Of a stretch of 35,440 nt of DNA, positions 1 to 12,203 are shown one piece after another. A program made the position numbers and the translations under genes. The stretch spans positions 1 through 35,440 of the forward strand of contig DASZKQ010000475.1 of NCBI GenBank assembly GCA_035552835.1. The letters are read 5' to 3'. The notes under the pieces were generated by a model. It did not search any database. It had not been told where the DNA came from and saw nothing but the letters and a program-made list of their open reading frames with translations. Source of the DNA: Mycobacterium sp. (GTDB taxonomy: Bacteria; Actinomycetota; Actinomycetes; Mycobacteriales; Mycobacteriaceae). The number at the start of each line of letters is the position of its first letter. The stretch's first letter is position 1.

Positions 1-344
1 ACGATCGGTTCGACGTGTTTTCCCGAGATCAGCACCGGAATTGACGTGACCAGCGTTCCCGCCGGAAACGTTTCGGTGTCGGGGCCGGCGTCGAGCACCT
101 CCGCGCTGAACTCGTGGCCCATGAAGATGTCGTGGCTCAAGTCGACGTTCATGCCGGCGCCGAGACTGTCTGCCATTTGATCGCTCAGCGACAGCACCCC
201 GGCGCCGTGGGCAGCGAAATGCAGGTCGGAGCCGCAGATCCCGCACGATCGTACGCCGACCAAAACCTGGCCCGGACCGGGAACGGGGTCGGGCACGTCG
301 TCGCGATAGACCATGCGGCCTTCGCGTAACACCGCGGCGCGCAT
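1..344 (-). CDS. Zinc-binding alcohol dehydrogenase (MDR family), 3' end runs off the window
   Basis: Manual minus-strand translation from ATG at 344: [42 protein letters not shown]...MGHEFSAEV, with the CGICGSD and GHE zinc motifs. The ATG overlaps the stop of the upstream monooxygenase. Confidence 0.88.
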   Translation of the reverse strand, partial: MRAAVLREGRMVYRDDVPDPVPGPGQVLVGVRSCGICGSDLHFAAHGAGVLSLSDQMADSLGAGMNVDLSHDIFMGHEFSAEVLDAGPDTETFPAGTLVTSIPVLISGKHVEPI

Positions 345-1537
345 CAGCTCTCCTCGCTTTCCATTTTGAGTTCATCGGTGTGCTCGACGATTGCCTTGAC
401 CACCGCCTCGCCAGCGCGGCCAAGCAATTGCTCGCGCATACCCTTGGCCCATTCATGGGATGCCCGAGGTGCCTCCAATTGCCCTTTAAAATGCGGAATC
501 ACCTTGCGGGCGAACAGATCATAGGAGTGATAGGTCGCCTGCGGCGATGCCCAGTCGTGGCCGAGCAACAGGAAGCCGCCGAATCCGCCCGACCGGATCA
601 GCAGATCTTCGATGTAGCCGATCGCCTCCTCGGGCGTGCCGATGCAGCAATTACCCCTCGCCGCATAGTCTTCGACGAATTCGTGGGGTGACTGCGCGCC
701 CTCGACCAGGTTGGCCAGCGGCACGAACCCGGCCGCGCCGAAGTACTTCGCGAAGTCCTGCAGGCCGTAGGTGCAGTCGTCGATTGCCTGATCTCGACTG
801 TCGGCCAGATGCAGGATGCCCAGCACTCGCCAGTTGGCCCGGTCGGGCTCGTAGTGTCCGGCTTTGCCGGCTTGTTCGCACACCACTTCCCAGGTGTTTT
901 CCAGCGCCGCATAGCCGCCCGGGACCGACATCGACAGGGACAGCAGCGACGTGCCCAGCGCGCCGGCCAGCCGCGGGCCGGACGGCGAAATCATTGCTGC
1001 CGTTGAGATTTCGGGATAAGGCCAGGTGTAAGGGCGGATGTGCAGCTGGGCATCGCGCAGCGTGAACCAGTCCGAGTGGCGGTTGATCCGCTCATCGGGC
1101 GCGGCGCGGAACAATGCCAGGATCGCCTCCAGCGATTCATGCATCATCCGGCGCTGCTCAACCGGATCGATCCCCATCATGTAGGCGTCCGACGGCAGGG
1201 CGCCGGGACCGGTACCGAACATCACCCGCCCGCGGGTCAGGTGATCCAACAACACCCAGCGGTCGGCCACCATCAGCGGGTGGTGGTAGGGCAGCGATAC
1301 AACACCGGTGCCCAACCGGATGTGCTTGGTCCGCTCGGCCGCCGCGGCGATGAACACCTCCGGGCAGGAGATCAGCTCGTAGCCGCCGGAGTGATGTTCA
1401 CCGAACCATGCTTCGTCGAAGCCCAGACGGTCCAGGGCGACCACTCGCTCCATGTCGTATTCGAGTGCAGTCGTGGGGGATTGGCCGGTCGGATGAAACG
1501 GTGTGATGAAGACGCCGAAGTTCAGCGGGCGGCTCAT
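344..1537 (-). CDS. LLM-class (luciferase-like) flavin-dependent monooxygenase, Rv3618-like
   Basis: ORF with [26 protein letters not shown] and [14 protein letters not shown] motifs typical of LLM enzymes. ATG at 1537 overlaps the ephA stop (GTG at 1540 is an alternative). Confidence 0.9.
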   Translation of the reverse strand: MSRPLNFGVFITPFHPTGQSPTTALEYDMERVVALDRLGFDEAWFGEHHSGGYELISCPEVFIAAAAERTKHIRLGTGVVSLPYHHPLMVADRWVLLDHLTRGRVMFGTGPGALPSDAYMMGIDPVEQRRMMHESLEAILALFRAAPDERINRHSDWFTLRDAQLHIRPYTWPYPEISTAAMISPSGPRLAGALGTSLLSLSMSVPGGYAALENTWEVVCEQAGKAGHYEPDRANWRVLGILHLADSRDQAIDDCTYGLQDFAKYFGAAGFVPLANLVEGAQSPHEFVEDYAARGNCCIGTPEEAIGYIEDLLIRSGGFGGFLLLGHDWASPQATYHSYDLFARKVIPHFKGQLEAPRASHEWAKGMREQLLGRAGEAVVKAIVEHTDELKMESEES

Positions 1538-2511
1538 CACAGCGCCACACCCGAGAGGAAGTCCAGCACCACCTCGTTGACTTGGTCTGGGCGCTCCTGT
1601 TGCAGCCAGTGGCCGGCGCCATCGATCATCACCTCACGGTAGGGACCGGTCACCACCTCCCGGGTACGGTCGCGGCGCATGAAGCCCCCCACGGGATCGT
1701 CGGTGCCGGCGACGAACAAGGCCGGCACGGAGATGGTGGCGGCCGGCGGGTCGGCCAGGATTTCCCAGTTGCGGTCCAAGTTGCGGTACCAGTTCAGCCC
1801 GCCGGTGAAACCGGTGCGGGTGAACTCGGCGATGTAGTGGTCGAGTTCCTCGGCGCTAATCCAATTCGGCAGGCCATCGGCTTCGGGTAGCCGCTCGATG
1901 AAGCCCGCCGGCCCGGGTCGGAGCATCCGCGCCGCCGTCGCGTGGTCATCCGGCGCGCGCAAGCCCGCCATCATCCGTCGGATGGTCTTTGCGGGGTCGG
2001 CGCCCAGTTCGGCGTCGGCTACCCCAGGCTCTTGGAAATAGAGTATGTAGAAGAAGTTGTCGCCGAACAGCATGCGGAACGCCTGTGTAGGCGGAACCTG
2101 GGCGCGTGGCACCGGCGGAACGCTCAAACCGACAACTGCCGACACCCGGCTGGGATGCAGTTGCGCCGAGCTCCACACCACTGGGGCGCCCCAGTCGTGA
2201 CCGATGAACACCGCCCGCTCGGCGCCGACGTCGTCGAGCAAGCCGATCACGTCGGCAGACAGCTCGGCGATGTTGTACGCGGAGATGTCGTCGGGCCGGC
2301 TGGAGCCGCCGTAACCGCGCTGATCCGGGGCCAGCACGTGGTACCCGGCGGCGGCCAGCGCCGGGATCTGGTGGCGCCATGAATAGGCAAGTTCCGGAAA
2401 ACCGTGGGCCAGCACCACTAGTGGGGCGCCGGGCTCACCGGCTTCAACGGTGTGCAGCCGCACGCCATTGGTCTCAATATTGCGCTCAGTGATCGATACG
2501 CTGTCGGGCAC
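1537..2511 (-). CDS. ephA: Epoxide hydrolase A (alpha/beta hydrolase)
   Basis: HGFPE, DQRGYG, GHDWG nucleophile motif and GAGHWLQQE. Start placed at GTG 2511 (324 aa); the longer ORF extension would overlap the ftsH start. Confidence 0.88.
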   Translation of the reverse strand: MPDSVSITERNIETNGVRLHTVEAGEPGAPLVVLAHGFPELAYSWRHQIPALAAAGYHVLAPDQRGYGGSSRPDDISAYNIAELSADVIGLLDDVGAERAVFIGHDWGAPVVWSSAQLHPSRVSAVVGLSVPPVPRAQVPPTQAFRMLFGDNFFYILYFQEPGVADAELGADPAKTIRRMMAGLRAPDDHATAARMLRPGPAGFIERLPEADGLPNWISAEELDHYIAEFTRTGFTGGLNWYRNLDRNWEILADPPAATISVPALFVAGTDDPVGGFMRRDRTREVVTGPYREVMIDGAGHWLQQERPDQVNEVVLDFLSGVAL

Positions 2512-2752
2512 CGTCTCACCAAAGCACACCCCTGGTCCGCCCGAAAGGTGTCCGGCGGTCGGGTGCGCCGGTAATGGCAATTGGCGGGAACTGCCATTCG
2601 TTGTTTTTACGGCAGATCGAAACGGCATGATTCCGGCCCTTGCCGACCGCTGCGTCCGGCTGCGCCGAGCTGGCGATCGCCACGGGGCGGTAACCTGGAC
2701 TATTCCAGCTGCGTGTATCGGGAAGGACCTGGCCGGCGGCGGCCGATGATTG

Positions 2753-5074
<2,322 letters not shown>

Positions 5075-5090
5075 ACGAACGGAGCCTTCG

Positions 5091-5699
5091 ATGGCGCAGC
5101 CGAATTCCCGAACCGCGACCTTGAGTACCGCGGTCTTTGACCAGGCGCGTGCCGAGGCCGCGATCCGCGAGCTGCTGTATGCGATCGGAGAGGACCCGGA
5201 ACGACACGGTCTGCTGGACACCCCGGCACGCGTCGCCCGCAGTTACCGGGAGATGTTCGCCGGGCTGTACACCGATCCCGACACCGTGCTGGACACCACG
5301 TTCGACGAGCAGCATGACGAGTTGGTGATGATCAAGGAGATCCCGCTGTACTCCACCTGCGAGCACCACTTGGTGGCGTTCCACGGTGTGGCGCATGTGG
5401 GATACATCCCCGGTCACGACGGCCGGGTCACCGGATTGTCCAAGATTGCGCGGCTGGTCGACCTGTACGCCAAGCGGCCGCAGCTGCAGGAGCGGCTGAC
5501 GGCTCAGATCGCCGACGCCCTGATGCGCAAACTCGATCCGCGCGGGGTCATCGTCATCATCGAGGCCGAGCACCTGTGCATATCGATGCGAGGTGTCCGT
5601 AAGCCCGGAGCTATCACCACGACGTCGGCCGTACGTGGACAGTTCAAGTCCGACAATGCATCTCGAGCTGAGGCGCTCGAACTGATCTTGCGCAAGTGA
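5091..5699 (+). CDS. folE: GTP cyclohydrolase I
   Basis: ATG 5091 preceded by GGAG; CEHHL, GLSKIAR, QERLT and EAEHLC..MRGV motifs; 202 aa. Confidence 0.96.
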   Translation: MAQPNSRTATLSTAVFDQARAEAAIRELLYAIGEDPERHGLLDTPARVARSYREMFAGLYTDPDTVLDTTFDEQHDELVMIKEIPLYSTCEHHLVAFHGVAHVGYIPGHDGRVTGLSKIARLVDLYAKRPQLQERLTAQIADALMRKLDPRGVIVIIEAEHLCISMRGVRKPGAITTTSAVRGQFKSDNASRAEALELILRK

Positions 5700-6538
5700 G
5701 CACGACGCGGGTCAAAGTCATGGGGGTGGTGAACGTCACCGACGACTCGTTCTCGGATGGCGGGCACTACCTGGAGGCTGACCGCGCTGTCGAGCACGGC
5801 CTGGCGTTGGCCGCCGACGGCGCGGCGATCATCGACGTCGGCGGAGAGTCGACCCGTCCCGGCGCGGTCCGCATCGACCCTGGGGTGGAGACTGCCCGCG
5901 TCATTCCTGTCGTCAAAGAGTTGGCGTCACAAGGCATTACAGTCAGTATCGACACCATGCACGCGGGCGTGGCGCGGGCGGCGCTGGAAAATGGCGCCCA
6001 AATGGTCAATGACGTGTCGGGTGGGCGCGCCGATGCGGGAATGGCCGGTCTGGTCGTCGAGGCCGGTGTGCCTTGGGTATTGATGCATTGGCGATCGGTA
6101 TCGGCTGACCGTCCGCACAAAGTACCCGGCTACCGCGATGTGGTGGCCGAGGTGCGCGCCGAGCTGCTCGCCAGTGTCGACGACGCGGTTGCCGCGGGCG
6201 TAGATCCGGCGAAGCTGATCATCGATCCCGGTCTCGGATTTGCCAAGACCGGCCAACATAATTGGGCGTTGCTGCACGCCTTGCCGGAGCTGGTGGCCAC
6301 CGGCGTTCCGGTTCTGGTCGGGGCGTCGCGGAAACGGTTCCTCGGCACCTTGTTGGCCGGTCCCGATGGTGCGGCGCGGCCACCCGACGGGCGGGAGACG
6401 GCTACCGCGGTGGTTTCGGCGTTGTCCGCGCTGCACGGCGCGTGGGGTGTGCGGGTGCACGATGTACGGGCCTCGGTCGACGCGCTGCGGGTCGTCGACG
6501 TGTGGACGCAAGCCGGGGCCGTTGGATCTGATGACTGA
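5696..6538 (+). CDS. folP: Dihydropteroate synthase
   Basis: [38 protein letters not shown] and VRVHDV motifs; GTGA overlap with folE. Confidence 0.96.
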   Translation: MSTTRVKVMGVVNVTDDSFSDGGHYLEADRAVEHGLALAADGAAIIDVGGESTRPGAVRIDPGVETARVIPVVKELASQGITVSIDTMHAGVARAALENGAQMVNDVSGGRADAGMAGLVVEAGVPWVLMHWRSVSADRPHKVPGYRDVVAEVRAELLASVDDAVAAGVDPAKLIIDPGLGFAKTGQHNWALLHALPELVATGVPVLVGASRKRFLGTLLAGPDGAARPPDGRETATAVVSALSALHGAWGVRVHDVRASVDALRVVDVWTQAGAVGSDD

Positions 6539-6932
6539 CCGAATTGAGTTGCGCGGCATGACGGTTCGCGGACGGCACGGGGTCTTCGACCATGAGCGCG
6601 CGGACGGTCAAGATTTCGTCGTCGATATCACGGTCTGGATCGAACTGGTGGACGCCGCGGCCAGCGACGACTTGGCAGACACCTACGACTACGGCGTCCT
6701 GGCTAATCGGGCGGCCGCTGTCATCGCCGGGCCGGCCCGCAATTTGATCGAAACGGTCGCCGGGGAGATCGCCGAGGACGTGATGAAAGACCGGCGGGTG
6801 CACGCCGTCGAGGTGACGGTGCACAAGCCGCAGGCTCCGATTCCGCAGACCTTCGGCGATGTGGCGGTGGTGGCCCGACGGTCGCGGCGCGGGGGCCGGG
6901 GATCGGTAGTTCCGGCGGGAGGCGGCTTATGA
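6531..6932 (+). CDS. folB: Dihydroneopterin aldolase
   Basis: [30 protein letters not shown] and VHKPQAPI; 133 aa from ATG 6531. Confidence 0.95.
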   Translation: MTDRIELRGMTVRGRHGVFDHERADGQDFVVDITVWIELVDAAASDDLADTYDYGVLANRAAAVIAGPARNLIETVAGEIAEDVMKDRRVHAVEVTVHKPQAPIPQTFGDVAVVARRSRRGGRGSVVPAGGGL

Positions 6933-7003
6933 CGCGCCACGACGACAATTTGGCCGGGGTCGTGGGGGCACCGCCCGCTTGCGGGAGAGAGTGGCGCAAA
7001 TGA
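6929..7003 (+). repeat. MIRU-type interspersed repeat carrying a 24-aa coupled mini-ORF ([24 protein letters not shown])
   Basis: ATG 6929 overlaps the folB TGA and its TGA (7001-7003) overlaps the folK ATG. Contains gtgggggcaccgcccgcttgcgggagagagtggcgc, which resembles the recalled senX3-regX3-type MIRU core. Confidence 0.8.
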
Positions 7004-7566
7004 CTCGGGTGGTGCTGTCGATCGGATCCAACATTGGTGACCGGTTGGCCCGGCTGCAGTCGGTGCTCGACCGGCTGGGCGAGGCGGTGCGAGCGGTCTC
7101 TCCGGTTTATCAGACCGCGGCCTGGGGCGGCGTTGAGCAGGGCCCGTTCCTCAACGCGGTGCTGATCGCCGAGGAAGCGACGCTCGACGGACATGGTTGG
7201 TTGCTCCGCGCCCAGCAGATGGAGCAGGCGGCCGATCGAGTTCGCGGACAGCGTTGGGGCCCACGCACTCTCGATGTGGACTTGATCAGCTGCCACGAGA
7301 CGTCGCCGACCGGAGACACCGAAGTGATCTCCTTAGACGATGGTCTGACCCTGCCGCATCCGCTGGCTCATCTGCGGGCCTTCGTGATGATTCCTTGGCT
7401 GGCCGTCGACCCGGCCGCGGAGCTCACGGTGGCCGGCGGAAAGCAGTCCGTCGCAAAGTTACTCGCCCAGCTAGATGCGGCCGACCGCGCCGGTGTGCAA
7501 CTGACCGGGCTAGTGCTCGAACCGCGAGGCGACAACACGGAAGCCGACTCGACGCCGGAAACTTGA
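7000..7566 (+). CDS. folK: 2-amino-4-hydroxy-6-hydroxymethyldihydropteridine pyrophosphokinase
   Basis: VLSIGSNIGDR, FLNAV, WGPRTLDVDL and LPHP motifs; start at ATG 7000. Confidence 0.95.
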   Translation: MTRVVLSIGSNIGDRLARLQSVLDRLGEAVRAVSPVYQTAAWGGVEQGPFLNAVLIAEEATLDGHGWLLRAQQMEQAADRVRGQRWGPRTLDVDLISCHETSPTGDTEVISLDDGLTLPHPLAHLRAFVMIPWLAVDPAAELTVAGGKQSVAKLLAQLDAADRAGVQLTGLVLEPRGDNTEADSTPET

Positions 7567-8042
7567 TGGGCCCGACCAGGAAACGTGACCTGACGGCCGC
7601 GGTGATCGGCACTGCGGTGGTCGGATACCTGCTGGTGGTGTTGCTATACCGATGGTTTCCACCGATTACCATCTGGACGGGTTTGTCGCTGCTTGCGGTC
7701 GGCGTCGCCGAGGCGGCGTGGGGGCGTTATGTCCGGGCCAAGATCAGCGACGGTGAGATCGGCGACGGGCCCGGCTGGCTACATCCGCTGTCGGTGGCCC
7801 GCAGCCTGGTCATCGCCCAAGCGTCGGCCTGGGTGGGCGCGTTGGCGCTGGGTTGGTGGGTCGGTGTCCTGGTGTACTTGTTGCCGCGGCGGTCGTGGCT
7901 GCGGGTGGCTGGCGAAGACACCGCCGGCACGGCGGTGGCGGTGGTCAGCGCACTGGCTTTGGTGGTTGCTGCGCTGTGGCTGCAACATTGCTGCAAGTCG
8001 CCGCCGGATCCAACCGAGCACGGCGATGGCGCGGAAAGTTAG
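7566..8042 (+). CDS. DUF3180-type membrane protein (Rv3605c-like)
   Basis: ATG overlaps the folK stop; MGPTRKRDL start, four hydrophobic segments, LQHCCKSPPD C-terminus; conserved position after folK. Confidence 0.85.
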   Translation: MGPTRKRDLTAAVIGTAVVGYLLVVLLYRWFPPITIWTGLSLLAVGVAEAAWGRYVRAKISDGEIGDGPGWLHPLSVARSLVIAQASAWVGALALGWWVGVLVYLLPRRSWLRVAGEDTAGTAVAVVSALALVVAALWLQHCCKSPPDPTEHGDGAES

Positions 8043-8129
8043 CCCGGCTCAGTGCGCGCAGTTAGTCCAGGTGAGAATCGCCGGAGCACGGCGACACGCG
8101 TAGTGACCTTGGGCCGGTACAGTCGGGCC

Positions 8130-9809
8130 ATGACCGATCTGTCCCGCGGCGCCCGGGTTCGGCGCGGCGGCCGCAGACCGGGCTGGGTACTGCTCACGGC
8201 GTTGCTGGTGCTCGCAATCGGCGCCAGTTCTGCGCTTGTTTTCACCAACCAGGTAAAGCTTCTCAAGCTCGCCGTGATCCTGGCCCTGTGGGCCGCCGTC
8301 GTCGCTGCGTTCGTGTCGGTGATCTACCGTCGGCAAAGCGACGTGGATCAGGCCCGGGCGCGCGACCTGAAGCTGGTTTACGACCTGCAACTGGACCGCG
8401 AAATCTCGGCCCGCCGCGAGTATGAGCTGACCGTGGAGTCTCAGTTGCGTCGCGAGCTGTCCAGCGAATTGCGCGCTCACTCCGCAGACGAGGTCTCGGC
8501 ATTGCGCGCCGAGTTGGCCGCGCTGCGCACCAATCTGGAGATCTTGTTCGACGCCGAACTCAGCGAGCGGCCGGCGCTGGAGACCGAGCGCAGGACTGTG
8601 CGTGGCTACAGCGACTGGGATCGCGAACACGAAAGCGCTCGCGAGCGGGTCAATCGCGTCACCTCGGTGCGGGCCGAAGAGCCTCGGCGGATGGACGACA
8701 GCTCGATCATCGACGTGCCGGAGGAACCGCTGGTCCCGCCGCCGCGGCAGCCGATCGCGGATAGTTACCAGCCGGCGGCGTACGCCTACCAGCCCGCCGG
8801 TGCTCACGAGGGTTCCAGGGCAAACCGCGCCGCCGAGCCCTATGAGGCGGCAGAACCGGACCGGGGTGCACATCGGCGCCCAGGCGACCGAGCCGCTCGA
8901 GCCCAGCAGGACACATCGACGCCGCCGACGGGTTGGGCCGCGCCGGGGACATCACCGGCGAGCGGGGCCGAGCGGCAGCCTGAGGACCGTGGCTGGGCTC
9001 AGCCGCAAACGTCGGAGGCCAATGGTTGGGCTGCGTCGTCGGGGGCATCACCCGCGAGCGCGGGGGGGCGGCACGACCCCCAACCCGCACGCCGTTCCCA
9101 CCGGCGGGACGAGGCGTCGCCGCAACCCGACCCGCGGTTTGTACCTCCACCGACGCTGCCCGAGCCGCCGGCGGAGCAGCACCGGCCCGAGTGGCCGGCG
9201 CCTGCCGAGGCGCGCCGCCGTGAAGAAACGCCGCTGGGTTGGCAGCCGGTCAGCCCCGAAGGACAATGGCTGCCCCCGGGAGCACCCGGCAGCAACTGGA
9301 TCGCCGAATCGGCCGAGAACTCCGGCACCGGGCCATGGAAGTACGGCAACGCGCCGTCCCGCGACAGCACGCCGCTTGGTTCTCCCAGCGTAGGCGAACC
9401 CACGTCGGTGCAACCGCCGCCGGTTGACCGGCGGGCCCGGCATTCCAGCGTCGCCGAACCGGCCGACCAGGTCGGCGAATCCAAGGCCGGCTGGGGCGAG
9501 CCGGAGCAGCGCGCGCGAAGCCGGCATTCCGCTGAAGACTCCGCATACTCCGACTCCGACATCCTCGGATCCGCGACGCCGCCCCCGGCGATGTCGCCGC
9601 CACCGCCACCGATACCACCGTCGCCGCCGTCACCGCCCGACCGGGAACCGGTCATGTCGCCGCCACCCTCGCCCACGGCCCGGCATCGCACCACCGATCC
9701 GTTGGAAACCGATGCACCGCCATCGGGTGGCCAGTCGGTCGCCGAATTGCTGGCGCGGCTGCAAGCCAGCCCGTCCGGCGGCGGCGGGCGCCGGCGCCGC
9801 GAGGAGTGA
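8130..9809 (+). CDS. Membrane-anchored Pro/Ala/Arg-rich protein with coiled coil (Rv3604c-like)
   Basis: Two N-terminal TM helices, YDLQLDREISARREYEL coiled coil, long low-complexity region, C-terminal GGQSVAELLARLQ..GGRRRREE. TACAGT lies 6 nt before ATG 8130. Confidence 0.85.
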   Translation: MTDLSRGARVRRGGRRPGWVLLTALLVLAIGASSALVFTNQVKLLKLAVILALWAAVVAAFVSVIYRRQSDVDQARARDLKLVYDLQLDREISARREYELTVESQLRRELSSELRAHSADEVSALRAELAALRTNLEILFDAELSERPALETERRTVRGYSDWDREHESARERVNRVTSVRAEEPRRMDDSSIIDVPEEPLVPPPRQPIADSYQPAAYAYQPAGAHEGSRANRAAEPYEAAEPDRGAHRRPGDRAARAQQDTSTPPTGWAAPGTSPASGAERQPEDRGWAQPQTSEANGWAASSGASPASAGGRHDPQPARRSHRRDEASPQPDPRFVPPPTLPEPPAEQHRPEWPAPAEARRREETPLGWQPVSPEGQWLPPGAPGSNWIAESAENSGTGPWKYGNAPSRDSTPLGSPSVGEPTSVQPPPVDRRARHSSVAEPADQVGESKAGWGEPEQRARSRHSAEDSAYSDSDILGSATPPPAMSPPPPPIPPSPPSPPDREPVMSPPPSPTARHRTTDPLETDAPPSGGQSVAELLARLQASPSGGGGRRRREE

Positions 9810-9846
9810 GGCGAAGGCCACAGCGCGATTCGGGCCGTTGCCAGGG

Positions 9847-9892
9847 TAGAGTCTTAACGACCGTCCGGTACCCGCACAGCGGGACTGGAACG
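9847..9892 (+). promoter_or_regulatory. Putative SigA -10 (TAGAGT) followed by a hairpin leader of the pan operon
   Basis: TAGAGT at 9847-9852; nested stems ccggt/actgg and cccgc/gcggg within 9862-9892. Confidence 0.5.
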
Positions 9893-9921
9893 AACCAAGA
9901 GACTTGTGAGGGTCGTCTGCG

Positions 9922-10842
9922 ATGGTGCAGTTCGACGGATTGCGCCCCGCCCGGCTCAAGGTGGGGATCATCTCCGCCGGCCGGGTAGGAACGGCTTTAG
10001 GGGTCGCGCTGGAACGCGTCGACCACGTCGTGGTGGCGTGCAGCGCCGTTTCCCAGGCGTCGCGGCGGCGCGCCGAGCGCTGGCTGCCCGACACCCCGGT
10101 CTCCCCGATGCCCGACGTTGCCGGCAACGCCGAGTTGCTGCTGCTGGCGGTGCCGGACACCGAGCTGGCGGCGCTGGTTTCGGGGTTGGCCGCCACCTCG
10201 GCGGTGCGGCCGGGCACTATCGTCGCGCACACCTCCGGCGTCAACGGCGTGGCCGTGCTGGCGCCGTTGAGCAGGCAGGACTGTATTCCGCTAGCCATTC
10301 ATCCGGCGATGACGTTCACCGGCGCCGACGAGGACATCTCCCGGCTGCCGGACACCTGCTTCGGGATCACCGCGGCGGACGAGGTCGGATACGCGATCGC
10401 GCAATCCCTGGTGCTGGAGATCGGCGGCGAGCCGTTCCGGGTCCGCGAGGACGCGCGGACCCTGTATCACGCTGCGCTGGCTCATGCCAGCAACCACGTC
10501 GTGACCGTGCTCGCCGACGCCCTGGACGCGTTGCGGGCCGCCCTGTCGGGCAACGAACTCCTCGGTCAGCAGCTGGTCGACGATCAGCCTGGCGGCATCG
10601 CCGAACGGATACTCGGGCCGCTGGCCCGCGCCGCGCTGGAGAACACCCTGCAACGAGGGCAGGCGGCGCTGACCGGTCCGGTCGCTCGCGGTGATGCGGG
10701 CGCTGTCGCTTCTCACCTGAGCGCGCTGGCGTCCGTCGACGCGCAACTGGCTCAGGCCTATCGGGTGAACGCGCTGCGCACCGCGCAGCGCGTTCATGCG
10801 CCCGACGAAGTCCTCCAGGTCCTTGAGGTTTCGGCGCGGTGA
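9922..10842 (+). CDS. panG: Rossmann-like/DUF2520 protein, PanG-type ketopantoate reductase (Rv3603c-like)
   Basis: IISAGRVG nucleotide-binding motif, HTSG, HPAMTF, YHAAL and LTGPVARGD; directly upstream of panC. Confidence 0.82.
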   Translation: MVQFDGLRPARLKVGIISAGRVGTALGVALERVDHVVVACSAVSQASRRRAERWLPDTPVSPMPDVAGNAELLLLAVPDTELAALVSGLAATSAVRPGTIVAHTSGVNGVAVLAPLSRQDCIPLAIHPAMTFTGADEDISRLPDTCFGITAADEVGYAIAQSLVLEIGGEPFRVREDARTLYHAALAHASNHVVTVLADALDALRAALSGNELLGQQLVDDQPGGIAERILGPLARAALENTLQRGQAALTGPVARGDAGAVASHLSALASVDAQLAQAYRVNALRTAQRVHAPDEVLQVLEVSAR

Positions 10843-11783
10843 GGATCAACGGGGCGCCGAGGTTCAATGCCGGCGAACTCAACGTGTATTCGAGTCCCAG
10901 TGATGTCGGCGAGGTCAGCCGTGCGCTGCGTCATACCGGTCGACGGGTGATGCTGGTGCCGACCATGGGTGCGCTGCACGACGGGCATCTGTCCCTCGTC
11001 CGGGCCGCCAAACGGGTGCCCGGCTCGGTGGTGGTGGTGTCCATCTTCGTCAACCCGCTGCAATTCGGCGCCGACGAAGATCTCGACGCCTACCCGCGGA
11101 TCGTCGAAGACGATTTGGCGCTGCTGCACGGTGAAGGGGTCGAAATAGCTTTCATTCCAAGCGTTGTAGCGATGTATCCGGAGGGCCCTCGTACCTCCGT
11201 ACATCCGGGCCCGCTGGGATCCGAGCTCGAGGGCGCCGCCCGGTCCACTCATTTCGCCGGCATGCTCACCGTGGTGCTGAAGCTGCTGCAGATTGTGCGC
11301 TCTGATCGAGTGTTCTTCGGCGAGAAGGACTATCAGCAGCTGGTGCTGGTCCGGCAGATGGTGGCCGACTTCAATGTCGATGTGCAGGTGATCGGGGTGC
11401 CGATCGTGCGTGAACTAGATGGCCTGGCGATGTCGTCGCGCAACCGCTACCTCGATCCTGCCCAACGCGAACTGGCCGGCGTGCTGTCGGCCGCGCTGCT
11501 GGCCGGGACGCATGCCGCATCCGGTGGTGCGGACGCGGCGCTGCAGGCGGCCCGCGCTGTGCTGTCGGAGGTGCCCGCGCTGGAAGTGGATTATCTGCAG
11601 GTGCGCGATCCTGCACTTGGGCCCGCGCCACTGCACGGCCCCGCCCGCTTGCTGGTTGCGGCCCGGCTCGGTGCCACCAGACTCCTCGACAATGTCGCGA
11701 TTGAAATCGGTACTACCGTCGGCGTCGACGGGCGGGAGCCCGCGGTCCCGGCTGGGCGCCACCAATCACCCTGGAGGAACTGA
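10839..11783 (+). CDS. panC: Pantoate--beta-alanine ligase
   Basis: [36 protein letters not shown] and RLLDN motifs. Confidence 0.97.
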   Translation: MRINGAPRFNAGELNVYSSPSDVGEVSRALRHTGRRVMLVPTMGALHDGHLSLVRAAKRVPGSVVVVSIFVNPLQFGADEDLDAYPRIVEDDLALLHGEGVEIAFIPSVVAMYPEGPRTSVHPGPLGSELEGAARSTHFAGMLTVVLKLLQIVRSDRVFFGEKDYQQLVLVRQMVADFNVDVQVIGVPIVRELDGLAMSSRNRYLDPAQRELAGVLSAALLAGTHAASGGADAALQAARAVLSEVPALEVDYLQVRDPALGPAPLHGPARLLVAARLGATRLLDNVAIEIGTTVGVDGREPAVPAGRHQSPWRN

Positions 11784-12190
11784 TGTTACGAACAATGCTG
11801 AAGTCGAAGATCCACCGGGCAACCGTCACGCAGGCGGACCTGCACTACGTCGGTTCGGTGACCATCGACGCCGACTTGATGGATGCGGCAGACCTGCTCG
11901 AGGGCGAACAGGTGACCATCGTCGACATCGACAACGGCGCCCGGCTCGTCACCTACGCGATCACCGGCGAGCGCGGCAGCGGTGTGATCGGAATCAACGG
12001 CGCTGCAGCGCATCTCGTCCACCCCGGTGACTTAGTGATCCTGATTGCCTACGCGACGATGGAGGACGCCGAGGCGCGCAGCTACCAGCCGAGGATCGTC
12101 TTCGTCGACGCCGACAACGGGCCGATCGACCTCGGACACGATCCGGCGTTCGTACCCGCCGATGCACGCGAGCTGGTCTCGCCGCGATGA
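11783..12190 (+). CDS. panD: Aspartate 1-decarboxylase
   Basis: [16 protein letters not shown], self-cleavage site [13 protein letters not shown]; GGAGG RBS. Confidence 0.98.
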   Translation: MLRTMLKSKIHRATVTQADLHYVGSVTIDADLMDAADLLEGEQVTIVDIDNGARLVTYAITGERGSGVIGINGAAAHLVHPGDLVILIAYATMEDAEARSYQPRIVFVDADNGPIDLGHDPAFVPADARELVSPR

Positions 12191-12203
12191 AGGTCTCCTA
12201 GCC

